DNA from: Trichodelitschia bisporula
Lineage: Eukaryota
Assembly (NCBI GenBank): GCA_010356995.1
Contig: ML996695.1
Span: 195,061-259,060 of the forward strand
Reading direction: 5' to 3'
Length of the DNA: 64,000 bases
The translations under genes were made by a program, and so were the position numbers. Every line of letters begins with the position of its first letter. Positions within the stretch are counted from its first letter, which is position 1. Below, piece after piece: positions 45,025 to 56,827 of the stretch. The notes below the pieces were generated by a model. That model was not told the DNA's origin and searched no databases. It was given only the letters and a program-made list of their open reading frames with translations.

Positions 45025-46299
45025 ATGGCAGGCTCCCAGCAAACCCTCACCTCCCTCCTCCGCCAAACGCACCTCGCCCACCGCCGCGCCCTCACCTCCT
45101 CCGGCTCCCCTCACCCACACACACCGGTCCCCACCCCCGTAACCTACTACCGCGGCGGCACCTCGCGCGCCCTCATATTCCACCCCACCGACCTCCCGAG
45201 GACCCCCTCCCTGCGCTCCACCCTCCTCCTCCAAGCCATCGGCGCCCCCGACCCCTACTCACGCCAACTCAACGGTCTGGGCGCGGGGGTCAGCAGCCTG
45301 AGCAAAGCCTGCCTCGTCTCCCGCTCACAGAACGATCCGGACGCAGATGTAGACTACACATTCATAGGCCTAGGTATCGAAAAGCCAGAAGTAGACTACG
45401 CCGGCAACTGCGGTAACATGAGCGCAGCAATCGGGCCGTATGCCTGGGAGCAGGGGCTCTTACCCTCTACCGCCTACAAAGAAGAAGGGCAGGTCACGGT
45501 GCGCATCCGGCAAACCAACACCGGCACATTAATCCACGCGCACTTCCCCGTCGCGCGCGGACAGCCCGTCGTCGACGCCAGCACGCGCATAGATGGCGTG
45601 TCCGGCCTCGGCACCCCCGTACGGCTCGACTTCCTGCAACCGGGCGGGGCGAAGACGGGGAGGCTACTCCCGACGGGAAGGGCGGTGGATGAGTTACTGG
45701 GCCTGCGGGCTAGTATCGTCGATGCTGCAAATCCGTGCGTCTTCGTCCGGGCGCAGGATATTGGGATACGCAGCACGGCGCCGCCGGGGGACATCATGTC
45801 CCAACCCGGGGTCATGGCGCGGCTGGAAGCACTGCGCACAGCAGGCGCGGTGGCCATGGGGCTGGTGAAGGAGGGAGCGCAGGTCCCGCGCGTAGTGCCC
45901 AAAATCGCGCTCATCGGGCCACGGGCCGAACAGATCGTGCTCGGCGGCGCGGTGGTGCGGGCGGGGGATGTCGATCTTGTGGTAAGGTTTATATCGGATG
46001 GGCAGGCGCACCGGGCGATTCCGCTCACCGGGGCGCTGTGTACGGCGGTTGCGGCACGGGTGGAGGGGAGTGTGGTTTGGGATATGATACGGAAGCCAGA
46101 GGCGAATGAGGGGATGGTGACGCTGGGACATGCGAGTGGAAGGGTGGTTGTGGATGCGGTTATGGATGGGGTGGGGGGGGTGGAGAGGGCGAGTGTGGTG
46201 AGGACGGCGAGGGGGTTGGTGGATGGGGTTGTTTGGTGGAATGTGACTGAGGGGACGGGGTGGGGGGATGTTTGGGGGGGGGAGGAGGGGGAGGGGTGA
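45025..46299 (+). CDS. PrpF/methylitaconate-delta-isomerase (aconitate isomerase-like) family protein
   Basis: Intronless. 'YYRGGTSRA', 'PDPY.RQLNGLGAGVSSLSK', 'GNCGNM', 'DAANPCVF', 'HRAIPLTGA', 'HASG', 'RTAR' (diaminopimelate-epimerase-like PrpF fold). Confidence 0.88.
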   Translation: MAGSQQTLTSLLRQTHLAHRRALTSSGSPHPHTPVPTPVTYYRGGTSRALIFHPTDLPRTPSLRSTLLLQAIGAPDPYSRQLNGLGAGVSSLSKACLVSRSQNDPDADVDYTFIGLGIEKPEVDYAGNCGNMSAAIGPYAWEQGLLPSTAYKEEGQVTVRIRQTNTGTLIHAHFPVARGQPVVDASTRIDGVSGLGTPVRLDFLQPGGAKTGRLLPTGRAVDELLGLRASIVDAANPCVFVRAQDIGIRSTAPPGDIMSQPGVMARLEALRTAGAVAMGLVKEGAQVPRVVPKIALIGPRAEQIVLGGAVVRAGDVDLVVRFISDGQAHRAIPLTGALCTAVAARVEGSVVWDMIRKPEANEGMVTLGHASGRVVVDAVMDGVGGVERASVVRTARGLVDGVVWWNVTEGTGWGDVWGGEEGEG

Positions 46300-46910
46300 G
46301 GCTGAGATTGGGACTTGGACTGGATGACAGCGTGAAGAAGGCGGAAGGCGCCCGCTTTGGCTGCGGCACTTGTGAGGGTCCTTGCGCTGTTCCGTCTTGA
46401 AAGACGCGTCCTCAGGCCTGATGGGAGCACCGGAACCACATGGTTATGCCGCGGAACTGAAGTTTTACAAGATGGCGAGTACCAGAGTCACTTCATTTTG
46501 CAGTTTGTACCTTCTTGCCCTGGCCCTTTATGGAGTCTTCATGTCGGTCTAACGCAACATCATCAGCCTTCGGATTAAAAAAGCCTCGCAAGCAGCACCA
46601 AGCCGAAATCAAGGTGCCACCAAACCACCTTCCGACCGGCAGATCCACCAAGAGCGTCAAAATGACCATGAGCTCGTCCTCCGGATTTTCAAATGATCAC
46701 CACTTGGCGTCTATATTCTGGGGAATCAATACGCGAGACAGAATTATAATCAAGTTTCCATCTCAGGATAGTACTGTAGTGGCGACAGACGCCGCGGCTC
46801 AGCCTTACCGCCGGCGTCTAAATAAATATTCAAACGCAGCGGCCACTCCTCTTCTTCACAGTCCGCTACGCAGTAGACTCCGGAGACGCTGGACAAGCAA
46901 AAAGAAAAAT

Positions 46911-47000
46911 TGCGGCTTACCCGGATCGAACGGGTGACCTTCAGATGCCTGGACCGAAGTACACTTCAGTCTGACGCTCTCCCAACTGAGCTAAAGCCGC
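46911..47000 (-). tRNA. tRNA-Phe: tRNA-Phe(GAA) with a 17-nt intron (46947-46963)
   Basis: Minus strand reads GCGGCTTTAGCTCAGTTGGGAGAGCGTCAGACTGAAG-[TGTACTTCGGTCCAGGC]-ATCTGAAGGTCACCCGTTCGATCCGGGTAAGCCGCA followed by a T-run terminator; acceptor stem GCGGCTT/AAGCCGC. Confidence 0.96.
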
Positions 47001-48788
47001 TGGTGGATCGGTGGTGAGAATATACCGTTTACGGGTTACGTCAACCAAGAATGAGGTCCCATCCACCATGAAGCTTTTATCCAGGTGGTCTTTCGGATTG
47101 GTGCTCGGCTCTGCGGCATTCAACCCCACAGGCCGGTCTGCTATGTCTGCTCGGCTTTAAGTAGCACTGATTGATGGCGTTGCAAGCTTTAGTTGCCAGG
47201 CTCCTGGGTGTCTGTTCGTATGCGGACCATTCGGACTTCCGTCAATATGCGTTGATAGGGGGACGAGGCTGACAAGAAGCAGAACTGAGTGGGGGGGGGG
47301 GAAGATGGGTATTTGTGCGACTGGGGATGGTATCGGTTAGCGAAGTGGTTACTTTGGAGCATGTATTGGAGAGTGATTGCTCTTAAGCATAAAGAGAGGA
47401 GTTAGGGTTGATCTGCTACGCCTCAGTGCCATCCTGGATCTCGGGCCAGCGAACTATATGAGGCGCTGGTACATGTTGGCACGCTGGTCTGATGTGGAAG
47501 ATATGACTTTCATATCTGGCGCTATGGGAGTGAAGTCTTGAAAGACTCAGCTACATATTGCGGAGGGCGAAGCGAGCTGTTTAAAGTTAGTGAGAGGAGG
47601 TTATTTGAGTTTCCTTGAATGCTCCTCGGAGTAGGCGAACCTCCGTCAGTACGGGCGTCCAGTTCAATTCACAGGCGGAACGGTAAGTACCGAAGGTTCA
47701 TTCATTTACACGTCCAGAACAATTCCACTTCAGATCCCCCATATGGAATAGTTCCAGGCCCGCGAATCACAAGATACGGGACGGTTAGAGTGCGGCAGGG
47801 ACCTGTCCGGTAAGTGTTCCGAGATGTATGACGACATGTCGACCTCAGTCCGACGTCGCTTCCCTCCTCAACTGCTTCCTTCCCCGTGGAGGAACTGACA
47901 AGAGCTGCTCCTTCTCTATTGAGATGCAACGTTGAGCTCGGAAAGGACAAGGATGAAGGGGAGAAGTCGCATCCATCCCGCTCCTGCCAGTTGCGGGGCC
48001 AAACCCTCGTCAGATCCGTCTTGGCCGCTCAGGCCGCTCTAGGATACCCCCAGCATTTGTAGCTATGGGGGAAGAGACGATTTGTCCGATGAAGCAACGG
48101 AGAATGCGCGAATCTTGAGATGCAAAACCTGGCAACATACACCGGCAAACCCGTGAGTCCTGTCCATCCCTACTCCTTTGAGTTTCTACTGCTGCTGTGC
48201 GAGCTTGTTCGCGACATTGTTCGCGACATCTCCCGGTCTCGGGCCCCATCAATCTACCAACCCCCTCCTCCGCATCGCGAGCCTATTCCCGTGCCGTTGG
48301 AGCTATCGCGAGAAGTCATCCCGAAGCTACTGTAGCACCTCCATCAACCCTTCTACCCTTTAACATCTGTAACCCCATCTCCCAAGCTCCCCCACTTCCC
48401 CAGCTTCTCCGCAAACGCCACTAGTCTCATCTCCCCCCCCATTGCCCCACATAGCCGCAGCACGATGCCCCCGAATCCGAGACAGGCCTTCCACCCAGGT
48501 TCTAGAAACGGGAAGCTTGCAGGAATGGCCAACCGTCGAGCCGGAGACCCTGTCCCCTGAGGGTTCGCGATCAAAACGGCCTCTTCTTCCCATGCTTGAG
48601 CACGTTCCATTCGGCCTGCATTTCGCCGACCAGACATGGTGCAATGCTGGGAAATGGGGTCGCGGATGGGCGCTATTTTGGCCTTCCGCAGCGGTGAAGT
48701 AGATCTCTCCTGGGACCTGGTTAAACGTTGGTGGAGCTCATATATGCGTTCCGTCCCGCCCAATATCAGCCCATCTTAACATCTAGCC

Positions 48789-50366
48789 ATGTACAAGCGC
48801 AAGATTGTCGTAGATGACAAAGCCATCACCGAGGGTGCTGGTCTGACACTGAAGCAGTCGCTGCTGCCGTGCTCACTTGGTGCGTCTGGAAAGTCTTCGT
48901 TTCTGATCATCACTGACTTTGTGAACAGTTACAATTCTGTTTTTCCTTTGGGGATTCGCTTACGGCCTGCTCGATGTTCTCAATTCCCATTTTCAAAAGG
49001 AACTCCACATCACTGCGAGCAAGGCGTCCGGGCTCTCGGCCGCTTACTTTGGCGCCTACTTCCTCTGTCCTCTAACCTTCTCCGGTTGGATTTTGCGGCG
49101 ATATGGCTTCCGAATCACCTTCATGACAGGCAAGTTTGACAACATCGGCTCAGGCAAAACCTGACGGTTTAGGCTTGGCTATCCTCACGGTGGGATGCTT
49201 GCTCTTCTGGCCGTCCGGAGTCAAACGCTCGTTTGGCGGGTTTTGCGGGAGCATGTTCGTTGTCGGGGCCGGCCTGGCGACCCTCGAGACGGGAGCCGAC
49301 AATTTCCTCTCCATCTGCGGGCCGCCGCGGTACTCGGAGATTCGTCTGAATCTCGCCCAGGGCGTTCAGGGCGTAGGGTCATTTGTGGCTCCACTGCTTG
49401 CATCGCGCGTCTTTTTTGCCAAAACTGTCGACACGAAGCAAGGTCTCCAGAACGTCCAATGGGTGTACCTTGGAGTGGCCTGCTTCGTGGCGTTATTGAT
49501 CGTGCTCTTCTACCTGGCGCCGATGCCCGAGGTGACAGATGCCGACATGCACGTCCAAGAAAGCGAGATCCAAGGACCGGGCGTCAAGCCGTTCCGCAAA
49601 GAATACAACCTGTTTCTCGGCGTGTGGAGCCAGTTCTGCTACGTCGGTGCTCAGGTCGCCGTGGCCAACTACTTCATCAACTTCTGTGAAGAGGCGGGCT
49701 ATAGTTCAGCCGCGTCTTGTGAGTATCCAAGTTCCGGGAAGGAGGAGCTTACTGATAGGAACAGCAAATCTGCTCGCTGTCGGGCAAGGCTTGTATGCGG
49801 CCAATCGCTTCATCGCTGCTGGGATCATGACCATTCCCGCCTTCAAGCCGCGCTTTATTCTTGCTGCCTATCTGGGCTTGTGCTTTGTCTTCGCGCTCGC
49901 CGCGACCCTCACGCATGGCCATACTAGCGTCGCCATGCTCATTCTCGTCTTGTGCTGCGAAAGCGTACGTCACCTTGACCATTTTTGGCCTCGCTGACCA
50001 ATCTAGGCGGTCTTTGCGACTATTTTCACTCTAGCCCTCCGTGGTCTCGGCCGCCGTACAAAGATAGGCGGGTCGATGCTCGTGGCGGCCATCTCTGGTG
50101 GTGCGGTGATACCGCCAATGACGGGCGCACTGGCTACGTCTTCGGGCAATTTCCATACTGCCATGGCGATTCCCACGGCGTTCTATGTCTGCGCGTATGT
50201 CTTTCCGGTCTATGCGAACTTTTTCAACGCGAAGAGCCTGGATGGTCATCGTGCTACGGATCTTAATGTTACGGATCATCGTCCCAAGGACATTGAGAAG
50301 GTTGGGAGGCCTTCTGATAATGAGAGGAAGGGAGCTACACAGATAGTTCAGGCCACTGGTAGGTGA
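48789..50366 (+). CDS. MFS L-fucose/glucose-galactose permease (FHS family); exons 48789-48879, 48929-49129, 49173-49718, 49765-49964, 50007-50366
   Basis: Spliced 'LFFLWGFAYGLLDVLNSHFQ', 'AAYFGAYF', 'LETGADNF', 'RLNLAQ', 'SQFCYVGAQVAVA', 'AISGGAVIP'. Confidence 0.9.
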
Positions 50367-51222
50367 TGGGGTCAACAAGGCGTATTATAATGTTCGCTTC
50401 CTTCATATGACGGCGCAGTGTATGACGGGCGGTAGTTTGGGTGGGATTAGAGCTTTTCCTTCATCCTGGAGGGCGTACTGTAGGTTTGGCTTTAGCAGTC
50501 GGAGTTGAGGGCTACGGTTACTGATACTCCATTATTCTGTTCCCATCAAATCGAGATGAGCATTCATTCATGTGTTGTGGACATGGGACAGAAGCGTTGC
50601 CATGTCATGAAGGAGCATACTTATCTGAGGAAGGGACATGACGCCATGTGCTTCTAGTTCAAGGAAAGAACATCGGAGGGCATTATGTTCTTGAGAGGCT
50701 CTTCCTCTCTTCCTCTTTTTGTCTTTACTTCAATCTTCGGTTTTCATAGTCGCCTTTGCACGTGTTAGAGCCTTTGCTCCCATTATCATGTCTCCGAAAG
50801 GGCGCATTCGTCACCTCGCAGGCAGGCAGAACTGATCGACTATCTTTTACCTTGCATTTCGCAAAGGCTTGGGGGCAAAATCCAGATAAATGACTCCGGC
50901 GACGGGCAATGAAGTGCAACGTCGTCCGGGGGCAAGAATAGTGCATCGCAGGATGCTCAAGGCCAAGGCTGGTGAGGGGAAGTCGAGCAGGGCTATCCTC
51001 ACTCCACCAATAACCCCGCGGCGTATTCGTCTGCCTGGGCCATGATGTCGTATGTTCCTTCGGGTTGCTAATCCCCCCGATCCTCCCCCCACCAGCTCAC
51101 TTATATTTAGCAGAACGCTTCCTCCTTGTGTAACTTCCTACATTCGATTCTCACTACTCCAATTAGCAACAACTGGTCAAACCTTCGCATTTCCGTACCC
51201 TAAACACCGGCGCCAGTATAGC

Positions 51223-52632
51223 ATGGCCACCTACTTTGACAAGCACCCCGACGAAGTCACCCTCACAGGCACAGCCGACTGGGAAGCCTACGCCGCGCGC
51301 GACCGCCAGATTGCCAGAAGGCGGTTCTATCGGCGCCTCGCGCACTTCCTCGGCCTCAGCCTGCTACTTGGCGGGCTGTGGGCGTTTACAAGGCTGAGAG
51401 CGCCACTCAGCCTCGAGGGCATCCTCGACCACGGCGTGGTACGCGGCCCTCCACCCCGCAGACAATTACTGTAACTGACACCCTCGCGGCCCTCCTGCCA
51501 CCACCGGCACCACTGCTCCGAACCGCCGCACACGGAGCAGTGGGATTTCGACGCGCCGCCGCATCTCGCGCTTAATGTTTCGTTCCATCCGCCTCCGCAT
51601 AATTGGCATGAGCATGCCGCGAGCTTGACTTTTGTACCTGCGCCGGTGGGGCAGGGCCCTGCGGTTCGGGTTGAGGCGAAGAGTTATGGGTTTCATGCCG
51701 AGGCTACGGCCGCGGACACCGGGCTCAGCATCTCGACGCCATACTTCGACCATGGCGGGTGTGTCGCGCTGCATGTCACGGCGTACGTCAAGCCTGACAC
51801 CCCGCTGGAGTTCCTCGATATTTCAGTGGAGGGCGTACATGTCGACTTCAGGGCGGTGGAGGGGCTGCGGCCGGGGAAGGCGAATTTCACCCTCACTACG
51901 GCGAGTCTGACTGGCGGTGCGGGGCTGGCTCCGCGGCGTACGGTTGTCAGGGTCGGGTCGGGGAGTGTGAATGGGGATTGGGCGTTGAGGGATTTTTTGG
52001 GGTTCTATGTCGAGACAGGGAGTGTGAGCATCGATGTCAAGCCCGAAGAGGAGGAGAAGGAGGGCGTGAGGCCGACGTTTGAGGTCGAGGTTGGGACGGG
52101 GAGTGTGCAGCTGCGGTATCCGCCTGTTGGGTGGGTTGTGCCGCGGCGGGAGTATGTGACGAAGATTGGGGCGCGCACTGGGAGTGTGGGTGGGAATATT
52201 GTGCATGGCGTCGAGACGGATGTGCTTGTCGGCCGGGGGAGGGGGGATAAGGGCCGGGTGGGGAGTGGGAGTATTAACCTGGCTGTGAAGCCGGTTGAGG
52301 GGAGGTGGAATTCGACGCTGAGTACGGAGGGCAGGGGAAGTACGAATGTTAGGGTCTTGACGCCGGTCCATGCCGAGGGTGCGTGGAAGGGGTTGAGGAG
52401 TAGCCATCGGGAGGGGGTGGGGAGTGTGAATTTGCATTATCCGGCTGTTTGGGAGGGGAGGATTAAGGGCACTACTCAGGGCTGGGGCAGCTTGAGTGTT
52501 CGTGGGAGTGGTGTGGAGGTTATCAAGGAGAGTAGAGGGGAGATTGAGGCGGTTAAGGGGCATGGGGAGGGGAGTGAGTTGGAGTTTTGGGTGGGTATGG
52601 GAAGTGGACACTTGTTTGTTGGGGATGATTAG
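51223..52632 (+). CDS. Membrane-anchored hypothetical protein with putative adhesin-like (DUF4097-type) Gly-Ser repeats; intron from 51439 (acceptor uncertain)
   Basis: N-terminal TM segment ('LAHFLGLSLLLGGLWAF'). Second exon is in frame and carries repeated 'GSGSV/TGSV/GSI' turns and 'YPAVWEGRI'. Confidence 0.7.
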
Positions 52633-53707
52633 GGGCGGGAGGAGGCTTATGAGTGAGAGAGGGATTGTTTTTCGTACAGCTTCTTGTAGCGTGTTCAAAA
52701 ATGCAGTTCGCCGCCAGCCTAATGATACATCCCGCGCGCCTAACCTCAGCCTTGCGCCTTCCGTCCCTCCTCATCTCACATGACCTGGCGTTTTGGTGTC
52801 ACGTCTTTGTTCGTGGACGACGCACAACCCTTCCTTCCACCCTCCATACGACACCTCACCTCTTACAGCCTCAGTAGATGTCCAAACTATGGCAATGATG
52901 TTGATTCTTCAATCCCTTTTTGCCGCGCCACATCTTCCAATTCAGAACGGCTGTGGTGTCGAAGCCTAAATTTACAACGAACCCGTCCCTCATCCTGACG
53001 CATCTCTAGCCTTAAGACGCCTCATATAACCAGTTTCTCCTCCTCATCTATCTTCGCCTTACTAATCACCCCAGGTTCCCCAGATATTAGTTCTTAGCGG
53101 ATGTGCAATCCAAGATTCGCTCGCCAATCATTGCGCGCAATCTATCTCGAGATGACAGAACACTCCGGTACTCTACCCCGGAGACCATTCGCGGCACTTC
53201 CCAACCCCATCCTTTTCATTCATTCACCTCCCTCCGCCAGCTAGGAAGGCGATCTTCAGGCACTCTCCGGCGATGCCCTCATCAACTACATTCGACGTGG
53301 GCCATTTGTGGCTAACAAGCCGAACGTGCTCTCTTCCAGATTTGCCGGGCGCCGAATGTGTTAAGATCGGCAAGGATGACGAGCATTGCTGTGGCGTTCG
53401 ACTCGCTCTCATTGCCGTATCCAGCTAACATTTTAGACTATAATTCTCTCATTCGAGTATAACCCTCGAAGTACCTGCCCCTTGCCCCTCCGGCTCGTGG
53501 CCATATTTCATCTGTTCCAGAGTTCGCCGTAAGGTCGTTCGTTTAACAGCAATCTATTCCACGTAGCCCAGCATCTAATTCTCCTTATCGAGTTCGCGCA
53601 CACCTTGGGAGCCGCACATTCTTAATACCACCACCGCCCGCGACGTGGTTGCAATGTGATCGCCCGTCGTTCCCTCCTACATTCGTTTTTGGGGAAGAGT
53701 AAGGACC

Positions 53708-55899
53708 ATGAAGTACGCCTTTTTTTCGCTGCTCGCTGCCGCACAGCTCGCTACCTGTGTGCCGCAAGCGAAAAACCCGGCGCCCGCGCAATGCAAGAAA
53801 CTCCCCGGCGACGCCGACTGGCCCGAAGACACAGTGTGGAAAGCAGCGCTACGCGGCGTCGAGCCGCGCGGCCCGCAGAAGGCGTGGAAGCGGCCGGACT
53901 ACAAGTACGAGGCTATGACTGTAGCGCAGGTGCAGAAGGCCGTCAAATTTGTGTCGGATCACAACCTCCGGCTGTCCGTGCTGAACAGCGGGCACGACTT
54001 CATTGGAAGGTGAGAGATTTGTTATTTGGAGGGTTTGGGCTGATGGGACTAGGAACGAGGCCCCGAGCGGGTTGTCGCTGGTAATCAATGAGCTCAAGGG
54101 CATCCGCGTGCTGGACTCGTTCACCCCGACGCCGCAGGGCGCGCTGGCCGTCAATTACTCCACGAAGGCGAATACCATCGCGCCGGTCGCCGGGCAGCAG
54201 GCCGCGGCCACGCTGGGCGGGGGCGTCAACGTCGATGAACTGAACGCCGCGCTCCGGCCTTCAGGCCTGTATTCCATCGGCGCCGCCCACGGTAAGCCTA
54301 CACAAAAACCCCCAACACCCGTCGTCTAACACCCCGCAGGCTCCGTCTCCGTCGCCGGCGGCTGGTCCCAGGCAGGCGGGCACGCCGCGCTGAGCAGCTA
54401 CTACGGGCTCGGCTCCGACCAGATCCTCGAATACAAAGTGGTGACCGCGGACGGGGCCCTGCTTGTTGCGAACCGCGTCTCGAATCCGGATCTTTTCTGG
54501 GCGCTGCGTGGGGGTGGGGGGGGGACGTTCGGCGTTGTCGTCGAGGCTACGATTAAGGTGTATCCCGCGCCTAAGATCCTGTCTTACAATTTCTGGCTCA
54601 ACACTACCGCTTATGCCAATACCTCCGCTATATACCCCGCGACCGCGTATCTCTGCGCCCAGCTGCCGCGGCTCAATAAGGAGGGTTTTCAGGGGTACTT
54701 TTATGTCCGCCCGAATGCCCTGCAGGCGAACTTCCTCACCCCAAATGAGTTCGCGAATGCGACTCGCATGCGCGAGCTGATGGACCCAATCCTCGACCAC
54801 ATGAAGGCCATGCCCGGTATCAATCCCGCGAGCTTGCTCAAGATTCCACCCGTGGCACTCGGGTCCGCGGCGCTAGGCGGCCTGCAGAACGCAGACGGCG
54901 GCGGCGCCGCCCCGCCGCGCATCAGTTCCTCAGCCACGAGCTCCGCAGCCAGCGTGGCGGCCAGCGCGACTTCTTCCGCCGTTGCATCTGGTATGGCGGC
55001 GGGGCACGCGGGCATGACCGGCATGAGCGGACATGCGGGGATGCTGGTCCGGCGACACGGGCCGGGCGAGATGGAGCCTACGCCGAAAGGCATCATCGAC
55101 GAGGATAGCCGCCTGCTGGGCGAAGCCGAACTCACACACCCGCGCCTAGCGTGGGCGCTGGAGCAAGCAATGCCCAAGCTGCCGAATGCGCAGCTGCGGA
55201 GCCATCTCGTGGGGGGGGGGAAGGTATTCGCGCCGCCGGAGGAGAATGCGTCCAATCCGGCGTGGCGGAGGGCGTATGTGCATATGATGACGACGGGGGT
55301 GGGGACGGTGGATGCTAGTGCGCTGCGGGAGATAAGTCCCGGGATGGGGGCTTATGTTAATGAGGTGCGTTGCTCCGCGGGGGGGGTCGTGTGTGTGCTG
55401 ACGCGCGTAGGCTTCGGCGAAGAACCCAGACTTCAAATCCGCCTTCTGGGGCTCTCACTACCCCAAACTCTCCGCCATCAAGAAGAAATTCGACCCTAAC
55501 TTCGTCTTCTACGCCAATCCCGGTATTGACGCTGATCTCATGGTGGCGCGTGAGGGGCGCCTTTGCCGTGTTGGGGGGGAGATCAAGGCCCAGGTCACCC
55601 GTGACGGCTCGCCGCCGGACTCGGATAATACGAATGCGGGGGGGCATGAGGGGGAGGTTACGAGTTGGCCGTTGTTGTGGCAGGGTCCGGGGCTGCCGCC
55701 GAAGGTGGTTGGGACGCCAAAGATGCCTGGCATGCCGAAGATGCCGGCGAAGGGGAGTGCGGTGCCGGCGGCGGGGCCGGCGGCGAAGGGTATTGCCGCA
55801 CCGGCTCCGGCTCCGGCGGTGAAGGGGACGGCCGCGCCAGCACTGGCACCGGCAGCGAAGGGAACTGCCGTGCCGGCGGCGAAGAGCCCGAGTGTGTAA
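53708..55899 (+). CDS. Secreted FAD-linked oxidase (VAO/berberine-bridge-enzyme-like); exons 53708-54009, 54053-54291, 54340-55364, 55411-55899
   Basis: Signal peptide; 'CKKLPGDADWP', covalent-FAD His motif 'SGHDFIGR', 'GGH..LSSYYGLGSDQ', 'DLFWALRGGGGGTFGVV', BBE tail 'GAYVNE...FWGSHYPKL.AIKKKFDP'. Confidence 0.92.
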
Positions 55900-56096
55900 G
55901 TAGCAATGCAAGAGTCGTTACACACAGGCAGACTCCATGCCGTCCATCCACCATATATTAAGCGATACACCATAACATACCCACTAAACTACCTTCCATC
56001 CCCCACACAAGTAACGACCGATCCCCCGCCCCTCCCACAGCCCCTCTCCCACCGCCTCCCCACCTCAATCACCCTCATCCCCGCTCCTTCCGCCGC

Positions 56097-56827
56097 CTAG
56101 CACTACTTCCACTGCACATACAACTTCTGGCTAAACTTCAGATCCAAGCTGTCAGCCGTCGCCTGCCCCTCCCCCAAGGCATTTGGACGTGGTGAGCCCG
56201 ACGGCCTGGTTAACGTTGAACATGCCGCTGCCGCTGCAGGGCGACCAGATGGCTACGTCGGCTTGGTCGCGCTTGAGGTAGTCGCCGGCGTAGGGGCCGG
56301 TGAAGGTGCGGGCGAGACGACTCTACACACTGTCAACTCCACTTCCCCATACCAAAACTCCAATAAAAGGGGTGTGGGCTCGGTGGAAGCCTACCTGCTT
56401 CGTCTGCCCCGAGAAATAATACGTCGCCGCCAACGTCGCGCTAACGCCCGGATCAAGCTGGAGGTATCCGCGTTGATCCACACTCCACACGCTCCACGTC
56501 CAGCCCGTCGGTACATCGAGGTCGATGTTCATCTGGCAGTTGTGCCGGTTCTGCGTTATGGACACCGCGGGCCCGATGTACGCCTGGAAGGAGTCGAAGA
56601 TTAGATTCAGCGTTGTTCGGTCGCTACTGATGGACACGCTGGCGGAGCCGTCTGGGCAGCCCGACCCGCCGTAGGAGACGGAGCGGATGACGACTTGCGG
56701 GGGGGGTGGCGGTTGCGGCCGGCGTGGGTGCGGTGAGGGGCGGGTCGAACCAGGAGAGGGATTCGGAAGGGGATTGGGGGAGGGAGAGGGCCAGGGGCGC
56801 AAGGGCTAAAAGAAAGAGGGAGAACAT
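56097..56827 (-). CDS. Secreted DUF4360-like protein; two apparent +1 frameshifts and a near-terminal TAG; intron 56323-56394
   Basis: Signal peptide; 'VSYGGSGCPDGS', 'IFDSFQAYIGP', 'NCQMNIDL.VP.GW', 'DQRGY', 'YYFSG', 'WSPC', 'DSLDLKFSQKLYVQWK'. Confidence 0.8.

Noticed and set aside
39970..50366. PrpF-like isomerase with MFS transporters as an itaconate/aconitate cluster
   Set aside because: No decarboxylase, CoA-transferase or mitochondrial carrier nearby; the genes are interleaved with RPB3, MGE1 and a tRNA.
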